Positions 1-9,383 of a stretch of 15,544 bases of DNA are shown here, one piece after another. Source of the DNA: a virus (lineage: Duplodnaviria; Heunggongvirae; Uroviricota; Caudoviricetes); the IMG/VR virus record IMGVR_UViG_2660238008_000002; one strand, written 5' to 3'. Position 1 is the stretch's first letter; each line of letters begins with the position of its first letter. The translations under genes were made by a program, and so were the position numbers. The notes under the pieces were generated by a model that was not told the origin of the DNA, did not search any database, and saw only the letters and a list, made by a program, of their open reading frames with translations.

Positions 1-1
1 G

Positions 2-73
2 GCAGTGAGAGCAGAGATAGCGCTGATGTCCGGCGGTGCTTTTGCCGTTACGCACCACCCCGTCAGTAGCTGA
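2..73 (+). CDS. Possible 3' end of ynfC-like gene (partial, start lies outside window)
   Basis: Open frame from window edge to TGA at 71-73, convergent with speG as in the K-12 layout recalled from memory. Only 23 codons visible and no recognisable motif. Confidence 0.3.
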   Translation, partial: AVRAEIALMSGGAFAVTHHPVSS

Positions 74-161
74 ACAGGAGGGACAGCTGATAGAAACAGA
101 AGCCACTGGAGCACCTCAAAAACACCATCATACACTAAATCAGTAAGTTGGCAGCATCACC

Positions 162-722
162 CTATTGTGCGGTCGGCTTCAGGAGAGTCTGACCCGGTGT
201 TTTGTGCTCTGCCAGATACTGATGCTGGAATATACACATGCGAATGGCATTACGATATTGACCATTAATAAAGAACTCGTGCATCAATTCACCTTCAACC
301 GAAAAGCCAAGCTTGCGGTAAATGTGAATCGCTTTTTCATTCTCTTTATCAACGATCAGATACAGCTTATAGAGATTGAGAACGGTAAAGCCATAGTCCA
401 TTGCTAATTTGGCGGCACGGGTTGCCAGACCTTTCCCCTGATACTCCGGGGAGATAATTATCTGAAATTCTGCGCGGCGATGAACATGGTTAATTTCCAC
501 CAGCTCCACCAGACCGGCTTTTTCGCCGTCACATTCCACCACAAAGCGCCGTTCGCTCTGATCGTGAATATGCTTATCATACAGATCAGAGAGTTCAACA
601 AAGGCTTCGTAGGGTTCCTCAAACCAGTAACGCATCACACTGGCGTTATTGTCGAGTTGATGTACATAGCGTAAATCTTCACGCTCCAGCGGGCGTAGCT
701 TAACACTGTGGGCGCTTGGCAT
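162..722 (-). CDS. speG: Spermidine N1-acetyltransferase
   Basis: 186-aa ORF whose full sequence ([16 protein letters not shown]...) I recognise as E. coli SpeG, a GNAT-family acetyltransferase. SD-like AAGGA lies upstream of the ATG at 722 on the minus strand. Confidence 0.95.
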   Translation of the reverse strand: MPSAHSVKLRPLEREDLRYVHQLDNNASVMRYWFEEPYEAFVELSDLYDKHIHDQSERRFVVECDGEKAGLVELVEINHVHRRAEFQIIISPEYQGKGLATRAAKLAMDYGFTVLNLYKLYLIVDKENEKAIHIYRKLGFSVEGELMHEFFINGQYRNAIRMCIFQHQYLAEHKTPGQTLLKPTAQ

Positions 723-756
723 AACGTGTCCTTACATTCCTTAAATCAATAACAGG

Positions 757-1098
757 TTAGGGGGTAATAACGCGGCCAGTTCGACGGTCCAGGCAGCGCA
801 AAGTATTGGGCTCCCAGTAGGCATTGATGTTGGCGCTTTGCTCACATTTATCGCGGTTATCAAAAGCGGCGTCGGCTTTATCCCACTCTTTTTCAGTGCG
901 TTTATTCACTTTCTGGCGCAGATTGCGCGTGTCATTCCATTGCTCTTTTTCCATAGCGGCGTGCTGGCGGCTTTGTGCACTGTCGCCAGACTCAATCACC
1001 AGTTTGTTAGTTTCGGCATGAACAGTTGTGCTCAATGCCAGTGCGCAAGGCAGCAGAATAGCGAGCAGGCCGATTCGTTTGCTGAGAGTGATTTTCAT
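757..1098 (-). CDS. ynfB: UPF0482 family secreted protein YnfB
   Basis: 113-aa ORF with N-terminal signal peptide ([28 protein letters not shown]), recognised as YnfB. Sits immediately upstream of speG on the same strand, matching the ynfB-speG operon. Confidence 0.9.
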
Positions 1099-1232
1099 AA
1101 TTCATTCCCTGTATGAATGATTAAAGGTGATTCTACACCATCCACTGCGGACGCAAAACGTACCAGGAGGGTGTTTATATTGATGATATTATGTCGCCCT
1201 ATAACTATACATGATGTCAATAAGAGACAAAG

Positions 1233-1559
1233 ATGATTAAAACAACGTTACTATTTTTTGCTACTGCGCTGTGTGAAATTATTGGATGCTTTCTGCCCTG
1301 GTTGTGGTTAAAACGAAACGCCAGTATCTGGCTGTTGCTTCCGGCGGGGATTTCACTGGCGCTGTTTGTCTGGTTGTTAACGTTGCATCCAGCGGCGAGT
1401 GGGCGTGTTTACGCGGCTTATGGTGGCGTTTATGTCTGCACGGCGTTGATGTGGCTGCGCGTTGTGGATGGCGTGAAACTGACTCTTTATGACTGGACGG
1501 GTGCGTTGATTGCGCTTTGCGGCATGTTGATCATTGTTGCGGGCTGGGGGCGCACGTAG
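1233..1559 (+). CDS. ynfA: UPF0060 small inner-membrane protein YnfA
   Basis: 108-aa highly hydrophobic ORF ([26 protein letters not shown]...), recognised as YnfA. Divergent from ynfB. Confidence 0.9.
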
Positions 1560-1764
1560 GAACATAAATCCATTTTATCAATAAGATAAGAGGAAGTGTC
1601 AGCTGACAAAAGGTATTCTATTTCATCTTTTGTCAACCATTCACAGCGCAAATATACGCCTTTTTTTGTGATCACTCCGGCTTTTTTCGATCTTTATACT
1701 TGTATGGTAGTAGCTCAGTTGCGTAGATTTCATGCATCACGACAAGCGATGTAAGGAATCGAAC

Positions 1765-2979
1765 ATGAAGATCGTAAAGGCTGAAGTTTTTGTTACCTGT
1801 CCGGGGCGTAATTTCGTCACATTAAAAATCACCACTGAGGACGGTATTACGGGCCTTGGGGATGCCACCCTCAATGGACGTGAGCTTTCCGTGGCCTCTT
1901 ATTTGCAGGATCACCTTTGTCCGCAGCTTATTGGTCGCGATGCGCACCGTATCGAAGATATCTGGCAGTTTTTCTATAAAGGTGCTTACTGGCGTCGCGG
2001 TCCGGTTACGATGTCGGCCATTTCAGCGGTTGATATGGCGCTGTGGGATATTAAAGCCAAAGCTGCCAACATGCCGCTTTACCAGTTACTCGGCGGCGCG
2101 TCTCGTGAAGGGGTGATGGTTTATTGCCATACCACCGGTCACAGTATTGATGAAGCTCTGGATGATTATGCCCGTCATCAAGAGCTTGGATTCAAAGCCA
2201 TCCGCGTGCAGTGCGGAATCCCTGGTATGAAAACCACCTACGGCATGTCGAAAGGTAAAGGTCTGGCTTATGAACCCGCAACCAAAGGACAGTGGCCGGA
2301 AGAGCAGCTGTGGTCGACGGAGAAATACCTCGATTTCATGCCGAAATTGTTTGACGCGGTACGTAACAAGTTTGGTTTTAATGAACATTTGCTGCATGAC
2401 ATGCACCATCGCTTAACGCCTATTGAAGCGGCGCGCTTTGGTAAAAGCATTGAAGATTATCGCATGTTCTGGATGGAAGACCCGACGCCTGCGGAAAACC
2501 AGGAATGCTTCCGTCTCATTCGCCAACATACCGTCACACCCATCGCAGTGGGTGAAGTCTTCAACAGCATCTGGGACTGCAAACAACTGATTGAAGAGCA
2601 ACTCATCGATTATATCCGCACCACGCTGACCCATGCAGGCGGAATTACCGGTATGCGCCGGATTGCCGATTTTGCTTCGCTGTATCAGGTACGTACTGGC
2701 TCACACGGTCCTTCCGATTTGTCACCAGTCTGCATGGCTGCGGCGCTGCACTTTGATCTGTGGGTCCCCAATTTCGGTGTCCAGGAATACATGGGTTATT
2801 CCGAACAAATGCTCGAAGTCTTCCCGCACAACTGGACTTTCGATAACGGCTATATGCATCCGGGAGACAAACCGGGTCTTGGTATCGAATTCGATGAAAA
2901 GCTGGCGGCGAAATATCCCTATGAACCTGCTTATCTACCAGTCGCACGTCTGGAAGATGGCACGCTGTGGAACTGGTAA
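1765..2979 (+). CDS. rspA: Starvation-sensing protein RspA (enolase superfamily, mannonate dehydratase-like)
   Basis: ORF recognised as RspA. I chose the ATG at 1765 ([10 protein letters not shown]...) because AAGGAA at 1753-1758 sits 6 nt upstream and it gives the expected 404 aa; the track ORF starts earlier at 1732 with no SD. Confidence 0.95.
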
Positions 2980-2990
2980 GGAGTAAGATA

Positions 2991-4010
2991 ATGAAAAGCA
3001 TATTAATTGAAAAACCGAATCAACTGGCGATTGTCGAACGTGAAATACCCACCCCGTCAGCGGGTGAAGTACGAGTAAAAGTGAAACTTGCCGGAATTTG
3101 TGGTTCAGATAGCCATATTTATCGTGGGCATAATCCTTTTGCGAAATATCCGCGCGTCATTGGTCATGAATTCTTTGGCGTCATTGATGCAGTGGGTGAA
3201 GGCGTGGAAAGCGCCAGAGTCGGTGAACGTGTTGCTGTCGATCCGGTGGTCAGCTGTGGGCATTGCTATCCGTGCTCTATAGGTAAACCGAACGTTTGTA
3301 CGACACTGGCTGTATTAGGTGTGCACGCTGACGGTGGTTTCAGTGAATATGCCGTGGTTCCGGCAAAAAATGCGTGGAAAATTCCTGAAGCAGTGGCCGA
3401 TCAATATGCGGTAATGATCGAACCTTTTACCATTGCGGCTAACGTAACCGGACATGGTCAACCGACTGAAAATGATACCGTTCTGGTTTATGGTGCCGGT
3501 CCAATCGGCCTGACGATCGTTCAGGTATTAAAAGGCGTCTATAACGTTAAAAATGTGATTGTTGCCGATCGCATTGATGAACGACTGGAAAAAGCGAAAG
3601 AGAGCGGGGCTGACTGGGCGATTAATAACAGCCAGACACCGCTTGGCGAGATTTTCACTGAAAAAGGCATCAAGCCGACATTAATTATCGATGCGGCTTG
3701 TCATCCTTCTATCCTGAAAGAGGCCGTAACGCTGGCTTCTCCAGCGGCACGTATTGTATTGATGGGGTTCTCCAGTGAACCGTCTGAAGTGATTCAGCAA
3801 GGAATTACCGGAAAAGAACTCTCTATTTTCTCTTCACGCTTAAATGCAAATAAATTCCCGATCGTTATCGACTGGTTAAGTAAAGGGTTAATTAAACCAG
3901 AAAAATTAATTACCCATACGTTTGATTTCCAGCATGTTGCTGATGCCATTAGTTTATTTGAACAGGATCAAAAACATTGCTGCAAAGTCTTACTCACTTT
4001 TTCTGAATAA
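2991..4010 (+). CDS. rspB: Zn-dependent alcohol dehydrogenase-family protein RspB
   Basis: ORF recognised as RspB, with the MDR motif GICGSDSHIYRGHNPF and a GAGPIGL Rossmann motif. Start chosen at ATG 2991 (MKSILIEK...) with AAGGAG at 2977-2982, giving 339 aa; tightly linked to rspA. Confidence 0.95.
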   Translation: MKSILIEKPNQLAIVEREIPTPSAGEVRVKVKLAGICGSDSHIYRGHNPFAKYPRVIGHEFFGVIDAVGEGVESARVGERVAVDPVVSCGHCYPCSIGKPNVCTTLAVLGVHADGGFSEYAVVPAKNAWKIPEAVADQYAVMIEPFTIAANVTGHGQPTENDTVLVYGAGPIGLTIVQVLKGVYNVKNVIVADRIDERLEKAKESGADWAINNSQTPLGEIFTEKGIKPTLIIDAACHPSILKEAVTLASPAARIVLMGFSSEPSEVIQQGITGKELSIFSSRLNANKFPIVIDWLSKGLIKPEKLITHTFDFQHVADAISLFEQDQKHCCKVLLTFSE

Positions 4011-4025
4011 TACCAATAACGGCGA

Positions 4026-4054
4026 GTAAGTAGTACGCATCTTACCTCTTTTTT
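4026..4054 (+). terminator. Weak candidate intrinsic terminator after rspB
   Basis: Short hairpin gtaag(4026-4030) / cttac(4041-4045) with a 10-nt loop, followed by ctctttttt. The stem is only 5 bp and AT-rich, so this is tentative. Confidence 0.3.
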
Positions 4055-4067
4055 AGAGATAACCATT

Positions 4068-4178
4068 ATGACAATAGAAAAACACGAAAGAAGCACTAAG
4101 GATTTGGTGAAAGCAGCAGTATCGGGATGGCTGGGCACTGCGCTTGAATTTATGGATTTCAAGAGTCATACGTGTTAA
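4068..4178 (+). pseudogene. ydfJ: N-terminal fragment of MFS (MHS-family) transporter gene ydfJ, truncated by prophage insertion
   Basis: Short ORF MTIEKHERSTKDLVKAAVSGWLGTALEFMDF... carries the N-terminal G-x3-E-x-x-DF signature of ProP/ShiA-type symporters and then runs into a stop within about 8 codons. In K-12, ydfJ is known to be split by Qin with its first ~28 codons next to rspB. Confidence 0.6.
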
Positions 4179-4200
4179 CTATTTGATAAATATTAAATTA
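4150..4200. other. Approximate chromosome/prophage junction (att core expected here)
   Basis: ydfJ-like coding potential ends about 4160 and the integrase stop codon is at 4198-4200, so the att core must lie in this AT-rich interval. The exact core cannot be defined without the other prophage end. Confidence 0.5.
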
Positions 4201-5493
4201 ATTTTTCATTGCTTCGTTATGGGGCATGGTTGGGGCAAACTCGCTTAACTGTGTATTTAACAAAGCTACCTGTGCATTATTGTTTTCAGACATCCATTTT
4301 CCGTATACCTGAAATACCATTTGCGCATCTGCATGGCCCATCTGGTTTGCTATAAATGCCGGGTTAGCACCAGCTGTCAGCGACCAGCAGGCATAAGTAT
4401 GTCTCGACTGATATGATTTTCGATGGCGGAGTCCGGCACGTTTTATCGCTGCGTCCCACATCTGCCTTATTGAGTCAACGGTAAAATGGTCACCATAATT
4501 TTTTACTCTCGCTGACACTTCAGGTTGAAAAACAAAGGTGCATTTTTGTTTTTCTGTTCTGCCATACTCTCTGAGGTGAACATCAATGATATGCTCTTTG
4601 CTCAGTCTCGTTAATGTCATCTGACTCCGGAGAGCGTCGATTGCTGGCTTAATAAGATGAATGACCCGATTGGTTCCCGCCTGTGTTTTTGGTACCGTGA
4701 AACGGTCTTTTGCTAAATTTCTCCTGATCATCATTGTTCCATTTTTCAGATCTATGTCCTCCCATCCAAGTGCACACAGCTCACCAGGGCGAACGCCAGT
4801 ATAAACAGAAACACACCATAAATTTTTGGCTTGCTGATTTCTGCACGCATCGATAAGACGGATGAATTCCTCCCGCGAAAGAGGATCCGGAATGGTTCTT
4901 GATTCCTTTAATGGCGAGATCCCCTTAAACGGGTTATCTGCCAAGTAACCGTTATCAACACCAAACTGGAACACGGCGTTAAGATTTGTCATGTAATTAT
5001 TTACAGTTACAGCCGATCTCCCTGGTTGTGTAACAATATAGTTACTTTTGGGGATCTGGTATCCAGTCAGTAGCTCTTTACGAACCTCCAGTAATTTTTC
5101 TTTATTAATCGATGAGGCAAGATTTTTTTCACCGATTATGCTCAGGATATTTTTGATGACGGCACGGTATGTGTTGAGTGATGTTTTTGCGACTTCAGTT
5201 TCTTTCAGTGCCAGAAATTTTTCAGCCAGTTCTTTTATGGTTAAATCTTGTCGGGCCTCACCAAATTTTTCCAGATTGCGTGAGGAGGGAAACTGTTTTG
5301 CATAGTCGAAAACACCAGTTTTTATTGCGTAACAAACAGAGGCGCGTAGTTCACCTGCAACGCGCCTGTTTTTTGCTGTGTCAGGAACCCCCAGATTTTC
5401 CCTGACTCTTACGCCTTTATAAACAAACCAGATACGTAATTTCCCTCCATGGTTTTCCACGCCTGTCGGATATTTCATTTCAACTTCTCTCAT
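4198..5493 (-). CDS. Phage tyrosine integrase (lambdoid Int family), apparently intact
   Basis: 431-aa ORF ending next to the att junction. C-terminal catalytic region has the expected R...H-x-x-R...Y pattern (RHTYACWSL ... HADAQMVFQVYGKW). The start may instead be the ATG at 5478 (MKYPTG...), which has a purine-rich GAGAGAAG upstream. Confidence 0.9.
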   Translation of the reverse strand: MREVEMKYPTGVENHGGKLRIWFVYKGVRVRENLGVPDTAKNRRVAGELRASVCYAIKTGVFDYAKQFPSSRNLEKFGEARQDLTIKELAEKFLALKETEVAKTSLNTYRAVIKNILSIIGEKNLASSINKEKLLEVRKELLTGYQIPKSNYIVTQPGRSAVTVNNYMTNLNAVFQFGVDNGYLADNPFKGISPLKESRTIPDPLSREEFIRLIDACRNQQAKNLWCVSVYTGVRPGELCALGWEDIDLKNGTMMIRRNLAKDRFTVPKTQAGTNRVIHLIKPAIDALRSQMTLTRLSKEHIIDVHLREYGRTEKQKCTFVFQPEVSARVKNYGDHFTVDSIRQMWDAAIKRAGLRHRKSYQSRHTYACWSLTAGANPAFIANQMGHADAQMVFQVYGKWMSENNNAQVALLNTQLSEFAPTMPHNEAMKN

Positions 5494-5512
5494 TAGTTAG
5501 TGTGGCTTTTAG

Positions 5513-5764
5513 TCAAGTAAGATGACGTCTTGGTCTCGCTGATGCCTGGCGCTCAATCCAGCGATCAATTTCTTCCAGGTTGTAAAAGCATGGGCTGTTA
5601 TCCCATGGCATACCGTCATGAGCGACATGCTTATATTCCCTTCCTTCCATAAACGATTTTTCCCAGGCCTTTTTTAACGTACCTTTTTTTATTCCTTTCA
5701 GCGCAATTAACTGCTCTTCGGATACCCATTTGCCGGGAGAGACAATCATGATTACTTCGCTCAT
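5513..5764 (-). CDS. Putative excisionase / Xis-like small DNA-binding protein
   Basis: 83-aa ORF immediately upstream of int on the same strand with a 19-nt gap, which is the canonical xis position. Small and basic at the C-terminus; family not confirmed by homology. Confidence 0.55.
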   Translation of the reverse strand: MSEVIMIVSPGKWVSEEQLIALKGIKKGTLKKAWEKSFMEGREYKHVAHDGMPWDNSPCFYNLEEIDRWIERQASARPRRHLT

Positions 5765-5836
5765 CGATTTCTTTATCTCTTACATTAGACGAGCGCCGGT
5801 TGCAGAATACCAGTCACAACCGGCGACAGTTGAACA

Positions 5837-8308
5837 TTAAGAATCAGCCTGACTCGGGATCAGTTTTTGCCAGATAACTGAAACGTATTTTGCCTGGTAA
5901 CGGGCGTCATCAAGTGCATTATGGCGCTCACCTTCGAATGGAATAGCCGTTCTGGCATCGAAGTCTATGGCTTTCCCCAGCTCAACGATTGTGCGTACAT
6001 CGCGATCGTTGTAGTAACGCCACGGGCAGGGGATCCCCTGCCGTTCGTATGAACGGCGCAAAATCGTGTTGTCGAAGTTGGCTCCATTTCCCCAAACCTG
6101 AACAAAAAATTCACCGGAGTTTTCGTCGATAAATTCCCGCAATTGTAACAGTGCATCATCTAACGGGATTTCATCGGTCATAATGGCAGATTGCGCTTCG
6201 CGTGATTGCTTAAGCCACCATTTAATGGTGTCCCGATCAATGACTCCGCCAGCAGTTTCCAGATCGATAGTCTTACTAAATTCCGGTCCCATATCTCCGG
6301 TTTGCGGATCGAAAAATATTGCACCTATTGAGATGATCGGGGCATCAGGATTTTTTCCCATGGTTTCAAGGTCGATCATTAGATGGTCACACGTCCTGCT
6401 GGTGGATGTGATTTCGTGATGACCGTTCACCTTAATTGAGTGATCTGCCGTCTCGCCAGTTTCATTATCGCTATTGTGATGCTGATTGCCGCCAGTGTTC
6501 TCCTTGTGTGGATGTTCAGCGCCTTCCATTTCCTCCAGATCATCTTCCTGAACTTCAACCTGATACTCTTCATCGAATGTTTCCTGGTATGTTGCGTCGC
6601 CCATCACCGCGCCACAATCAGGGCAGTTGCCGCCGCCGGTCTGACCGCAGGCGGTGCAGACTTTTTCCACTTCCAGTTGCGCCACTGGTTCAGGCTGTTT
6701 CGTTTCTGGCTCGTTTTGTAACGCATTTGTGCTGTTTTGTTCCGCTTTTTGGTAGTTCCGTTCCGATTCATGCTGGTTCTGGTTCACAGAATCGCGGGTC
6801 TGGATCCCCTTAACCCATTTCGGATCATTCGGGTCACTAATCCCTTCAACAAATTCACCACGTGATGCAGCAAGCAACTTATCGGCGTCAGGCTGGCTGA
6901 TATTGGCTGCCTGCATAATTTTGTTTACTTCGTCAGCGGTAACTTTTATCGGCTCTGGTTGTTCTGAATCTTCAGCGGTATCTACATTTTGCGGTAAGCC
7001 CGTGTATGTGCCATTTTTTCGGGCAAAATATTCTTCTTTTGTGATTTCAGTGGCGCCAGCAGCCAGTGCCTTATCCAGACCAGAAAGTTTGTTTGCGCGA
7101 CCGTATTTTTCTCCGTCCTTATCTGCGAAGAGGAAATAGAACGGCCCCTCACGCTCTACAGATGGTTCAGCTTCCGGCGCGGTTTCATTTTTTGGGATAT
7201 CAGATACCTCAGTTTCCACTGCATCAGTTTGTGTTTCTGATGACTGGAGAACATCAACAGTGCCCAGGTCTGTTTCTTCATTCTCAAACACGCCCTTTGT
7301 CGTCAGGTATTCGCAGATATATTTGTTCAGTGCTATGGGATCTTTGTGAATGTCGATCGGACGCTCACGGACAAGGCCAAAAATAGTCTGGCGGTCGTAG
7401 CGAAGGGCATCAGGCTGTTTGCGCATTGATGCCGAGATACGCTTCCAGTCTTCGCGGTCGTTGTCGATAACTTCTTTTTTTGCCCAGCGATGGATGCTGC
7501 CGTCAATGTTTCCGGCATCCACATCACCAGGCCAGAGAGCGTAGGCCAGTTCGTCATCCAGTGTTTTCCATGTCTGCTTGTATTCGCGATGAATGGCAGC
7601 AATGACCGGGCTGATTTTTCCTGTTGAATTTTCAGTGTACTGTTGATTGGTTCTGGCGCGGGCGAGATCAACAACAGACGTGTATTTTCCGGTTTCCTTG
7701 CGTTCACCTTCGCGACGTTTTTTCCAGATGCGCATCTCTGCCTGAATTTCGGGCCATTTAGCACCAGGAATACATTTATGCTTAACCCACCCAATGGCGT
7801 GCAACTTAAGCTCCGGATACATGGCGTTAACTTCTGGCATTTTCATCAACGCTTCAACGATATGTCCGTCGAATGTTGCCATGTCTTCCTGCAACAATTC
7901 CTGTGCGCTAATAACCATATCAACGGTGATGTTTTCACATGTGTCGAACTTAACCATGACAGCGTTCTGTACTTCAGGGGCCAGCTTGTCAAAAGTGACG
8001 TTCATCGGATCGGATTCAGTCTCAACCGGGACAAAAGAAGCAGACTCCTCATCCCAGCGGTTTTCCTGCATATATTCAGCATCCCATGAATCGAGGGCAG
8101 GGCGGGGTATGCCAGGTTTATCCTCGCAGACAATAAATTTATAAGCGCAGTCCTGAGCAGCCGGATAATGTTCCAGGAACTGCCAGTGAAATTTTGCTCG
8201 AGCACGGCGTTCGTCGCCAGCTTCAATGGCTGTGGCTACAGCCACAGCGCCTTCTTCCCTTGTTGCCAGTTCGTCAGGAATAGCGGCGCAAATAAAGACT
8301 TTACTCAT
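5837..8308 (-). CDS. Large prophage exonuclease (YdfE-like, often annotated exodeoxyribonuclease VIII) with C-terminal DnaQ-like DEDDh 3'-5' exonuclease domain
   Basis: 823-aa ORF. C-terminal region shows the three DEDDh motifs: Exo I in LMIDLETMG, Exo II in WGNGANFDNTIL, Exo III H-x4-D in HNALDDARYQ. A Cys4 zinc-ribbon-like motif (CTACGQTGGGNCPDCG) and an acidic low-complexity linker lie in the middle. N-terminus (MSKVFICAAIPDELATREEG...) resembles K-12 YdfE as I recall it. Confidence 0.8.
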   Translation of the reverse strand: MSKVFICAAIPDELATREEGAVAVATAIEAGDERRARAKFHWQFLEHYPAAQDCAYKFIVCEDKPGIPRPALDSWDAEYMQENRWDEESASFVPVETESDPMNVTFDKLAPEVQNAVMVKFDTCENITVDMVISAQELLQEDMATFDGHIVEALMKMPEVNAMYPELKLHAIGWVKHKCIPGAKWPEIQAEMRIWKKRREGERKETGKYTSVVDLARARTNQQYTENSTGKISPVIAAIHREYKQTWKTLDDELAYALWPGDVDAGNIDGSIHRWAKKEVIDNDREDWKRISASMRKQPDALRYDRQTIFGLVRERPIDIHKDPIALNKYICEYLTTKGVFENEETDLGTVDVLQSSETQTDAVETEVSDIPKNETAPEAEPSVEREGPFYFLFADKDGEKYGRANKLSGLDKALAAGATEITKEEYFARKNGTYTGLPQNVDTAEDSEQPEPIKVTADEVNKIMQAANISQPDADKLLAASRGEFVEGISDPNDPKWVKGIQTRDSVNQNQHESERNYQKAEQNSTNALQNEPETKQPEPVAQLEVEKVCTACGQTGGGNCPDCGAVMGDATYQETFDEEYQVEVQEDDLEEMEGAEHPHKENTGGNQHHNSDNETGETADHSIKVNGHHEITSTSRTCDHLMIDLETMGKNPDAPIISIGAIFFDPQTGDMGPEFSKTIDLETAGGVIDRDTIKWWLKQSREAQSAIMTDEIPLDDALLQLREFIDENSGEFFVQVWGNGANFDNTILRRSYERQGIPCPWRYYNDRDVRTIVELGKAIDFDARTAIPFEGERHNALDDARYQAKYVSVIWQKLIPSQADS

Positions 8309-8401
8309 TTTGTTTTAACCTCATGACAGATTTAAGGATGAACAAATCCCTGCCATTGCTGGCATATAAGAATGAAACCGGATATTTATTACGGAACTGT
8401 T

Positions 8402-8593
8402 TTAAAGACCTGCCGGGATTTCGATATTATCCTGGTGAATAACTTTATCGACCGGGTAACAGTTACCGGGAATTTTCTGTTCGGTTGCTGCAGTCATACA
8501 CTCCTGCATTGTCCTGTGCACACTGACTGCAATATCAACTGGCTCTCCGGAAACAAGAAAAACTGTCAGAACAAGCACAAATGCTGAATTCAT
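8402..8593 (-). CDS. ydfD: Small membrane lysis protein YdfD
   Basis: 63-aa protein (MNSAFVLVLTVFLVSGEPVDIAVSV...) with an N-terminal hydrophobic segment, recognised as Qin YdfD. Its ATG overlaps the dicB stop (ATGA at 8590-8593). Confidence 0.8.
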   Translation of the reverse strand: MNSAFVLVLTVFLVSGEPVDIAVSVHRTMQECMTAATEQKIPGNCYPVDKVIHQDNIEIPAGL

Positions 8594-8778
8594 TGTGCAC
8601 ATCCTTTTGGCATCAGACGTAAACGAGCCAGCATTGAAACAATGCATATTTTATTTAATAGCTCCCGTTCTTGTTTTCTCTTGTTAATGGCATCTTCAGT
8701 AAATACTGGGTTACTGATAGTGACACCAATTTCAAAACAACCTTCAGACGTATTAACGTTTGGTAATAACGTTTTCAT
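8590..8778 (-). CDS. dicB: Cell-division inhibitor DicB (MinC activator)
   Basis: 62-aa protein MKTLLPNVNTSEGCFEIGVTISNPVFTEDAINKRKQERELLNKICIVSMLARLRLMPKGCAQ recognised as DicB. GAGGA SD upstream on the minus strand. The track ORF (97 aa) extends upstream of this start. Confidence 0.85.
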   Translation of the reverse strand: MKTLLPNVNTSEGCFEIGVTISNPVFTEDAINKRKQERELLNKICIVSMLARLRLMPKGCAQ

Positions 8779-8952
8779 TATCGCGTCCTCAACAATGAAT
8801 TTTGTGATGCAGTGCCTGGTGCCTCCAGGTGACGTTAACCAGTTAACAATTAACGCCGGATACAGAGAATCCACCCATAACACTGTTTTTGGTTTTAACT
8901 GTTCCGCGTGCGCTCAGCCGCATTCACCACATCACAAAATTCACTTTAAAAA

Positions 8953-9005
8953 GGGCGGCAGAGCAGTCACGGAGTAAAACTGATACCGCCAAACGTCACC
9001 AGAAA
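8953..9005 (-). ncRNA. dicF: DicF small regulatory RNA (antisense regulator of ftsZ and other mRNAs)
   Basis: Reverse complement of 8953-9005 reads TTTCTGGTGACGTTTGGCGGTATCAGTTTTACTCCGTGACTGCTCTGCCGCCC, matching DicF as I recall it, followed by a T-run. Lies upstream of dicB as in Qin. Confidence 0.8.
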
Positions 9006-9383
9006 ATTGATAACAGAGGGCGTTGCAGCGGGGTTGTCACTTAAGCGTATGGTCAACCTGACAACCCGGTGTCCTCAACGGGGAAGGAATAACCCCGCCA
9101 TACTTACCGCCGCGCCATTTCGCGGGTTGCCACAACCGGAAGCGCACGGTCGACGAAAATTTAACGACAGGCTATCTATGAACCAGCTACCTCGCCGTGC
9201 GCTTTCGCGTTATGGTCTGACTTTTCAGGGCAATATCCTTTCAGTAAACTGTCAGTGCCGGATGCTCACCCGTGTCCGGCGCACGCACTCCACCTCACCC
9301 GTGGAGAACTCCTTAATTACTAACCTTAGCTTTGTTGATTAGCTACTAACGCGGGTAGCCGCGTGTCCACTATTGCTGGGTAA

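Noticed and set aside
165-674. Plus-strand ORFs of 80 and 64 aa inside speG
   Set aside because: Antisense to a well-supported gene, with no SD and odd composition; likely frame artefacts.
824-1116. Plus-strand ORFs of 65 and 92 aa overlapping ynfB
   Set aside because: Antisense overlap with ynfB and no independent support.
1661-1685. Possible CRP site upstream of rspA (TGTGATCAC...)
   Set aside because: Only one half-site matches the TGTGA-N6-TCACA consensus; the apparent symmetry is the short palindrome GTGATCAC.
1732-1764. Upstream start for rspA ([11 protein letters not shown]...) given by the ORF track
   Set aside because: No ribosome-binding site. The ATG at 1765 has AAGGAA 6 nt upstream and gives the expected 404-aa RspA.
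6183-8226. Multiple 60-150-aa ORFs on both strands inside the exonuclease gene
   Set aside because: All are nested within the 823-aa ORF, which has clear catalytic motifs; none has a start signal of its own.
9007-9342. 111-aa plus-strand ORF antisense to DicF
   Set aside because: It begins inside the DicF antisense sequence, has no SD and no recognisable domain, and is Arg/Pro-rich, typical of a spurious frame.
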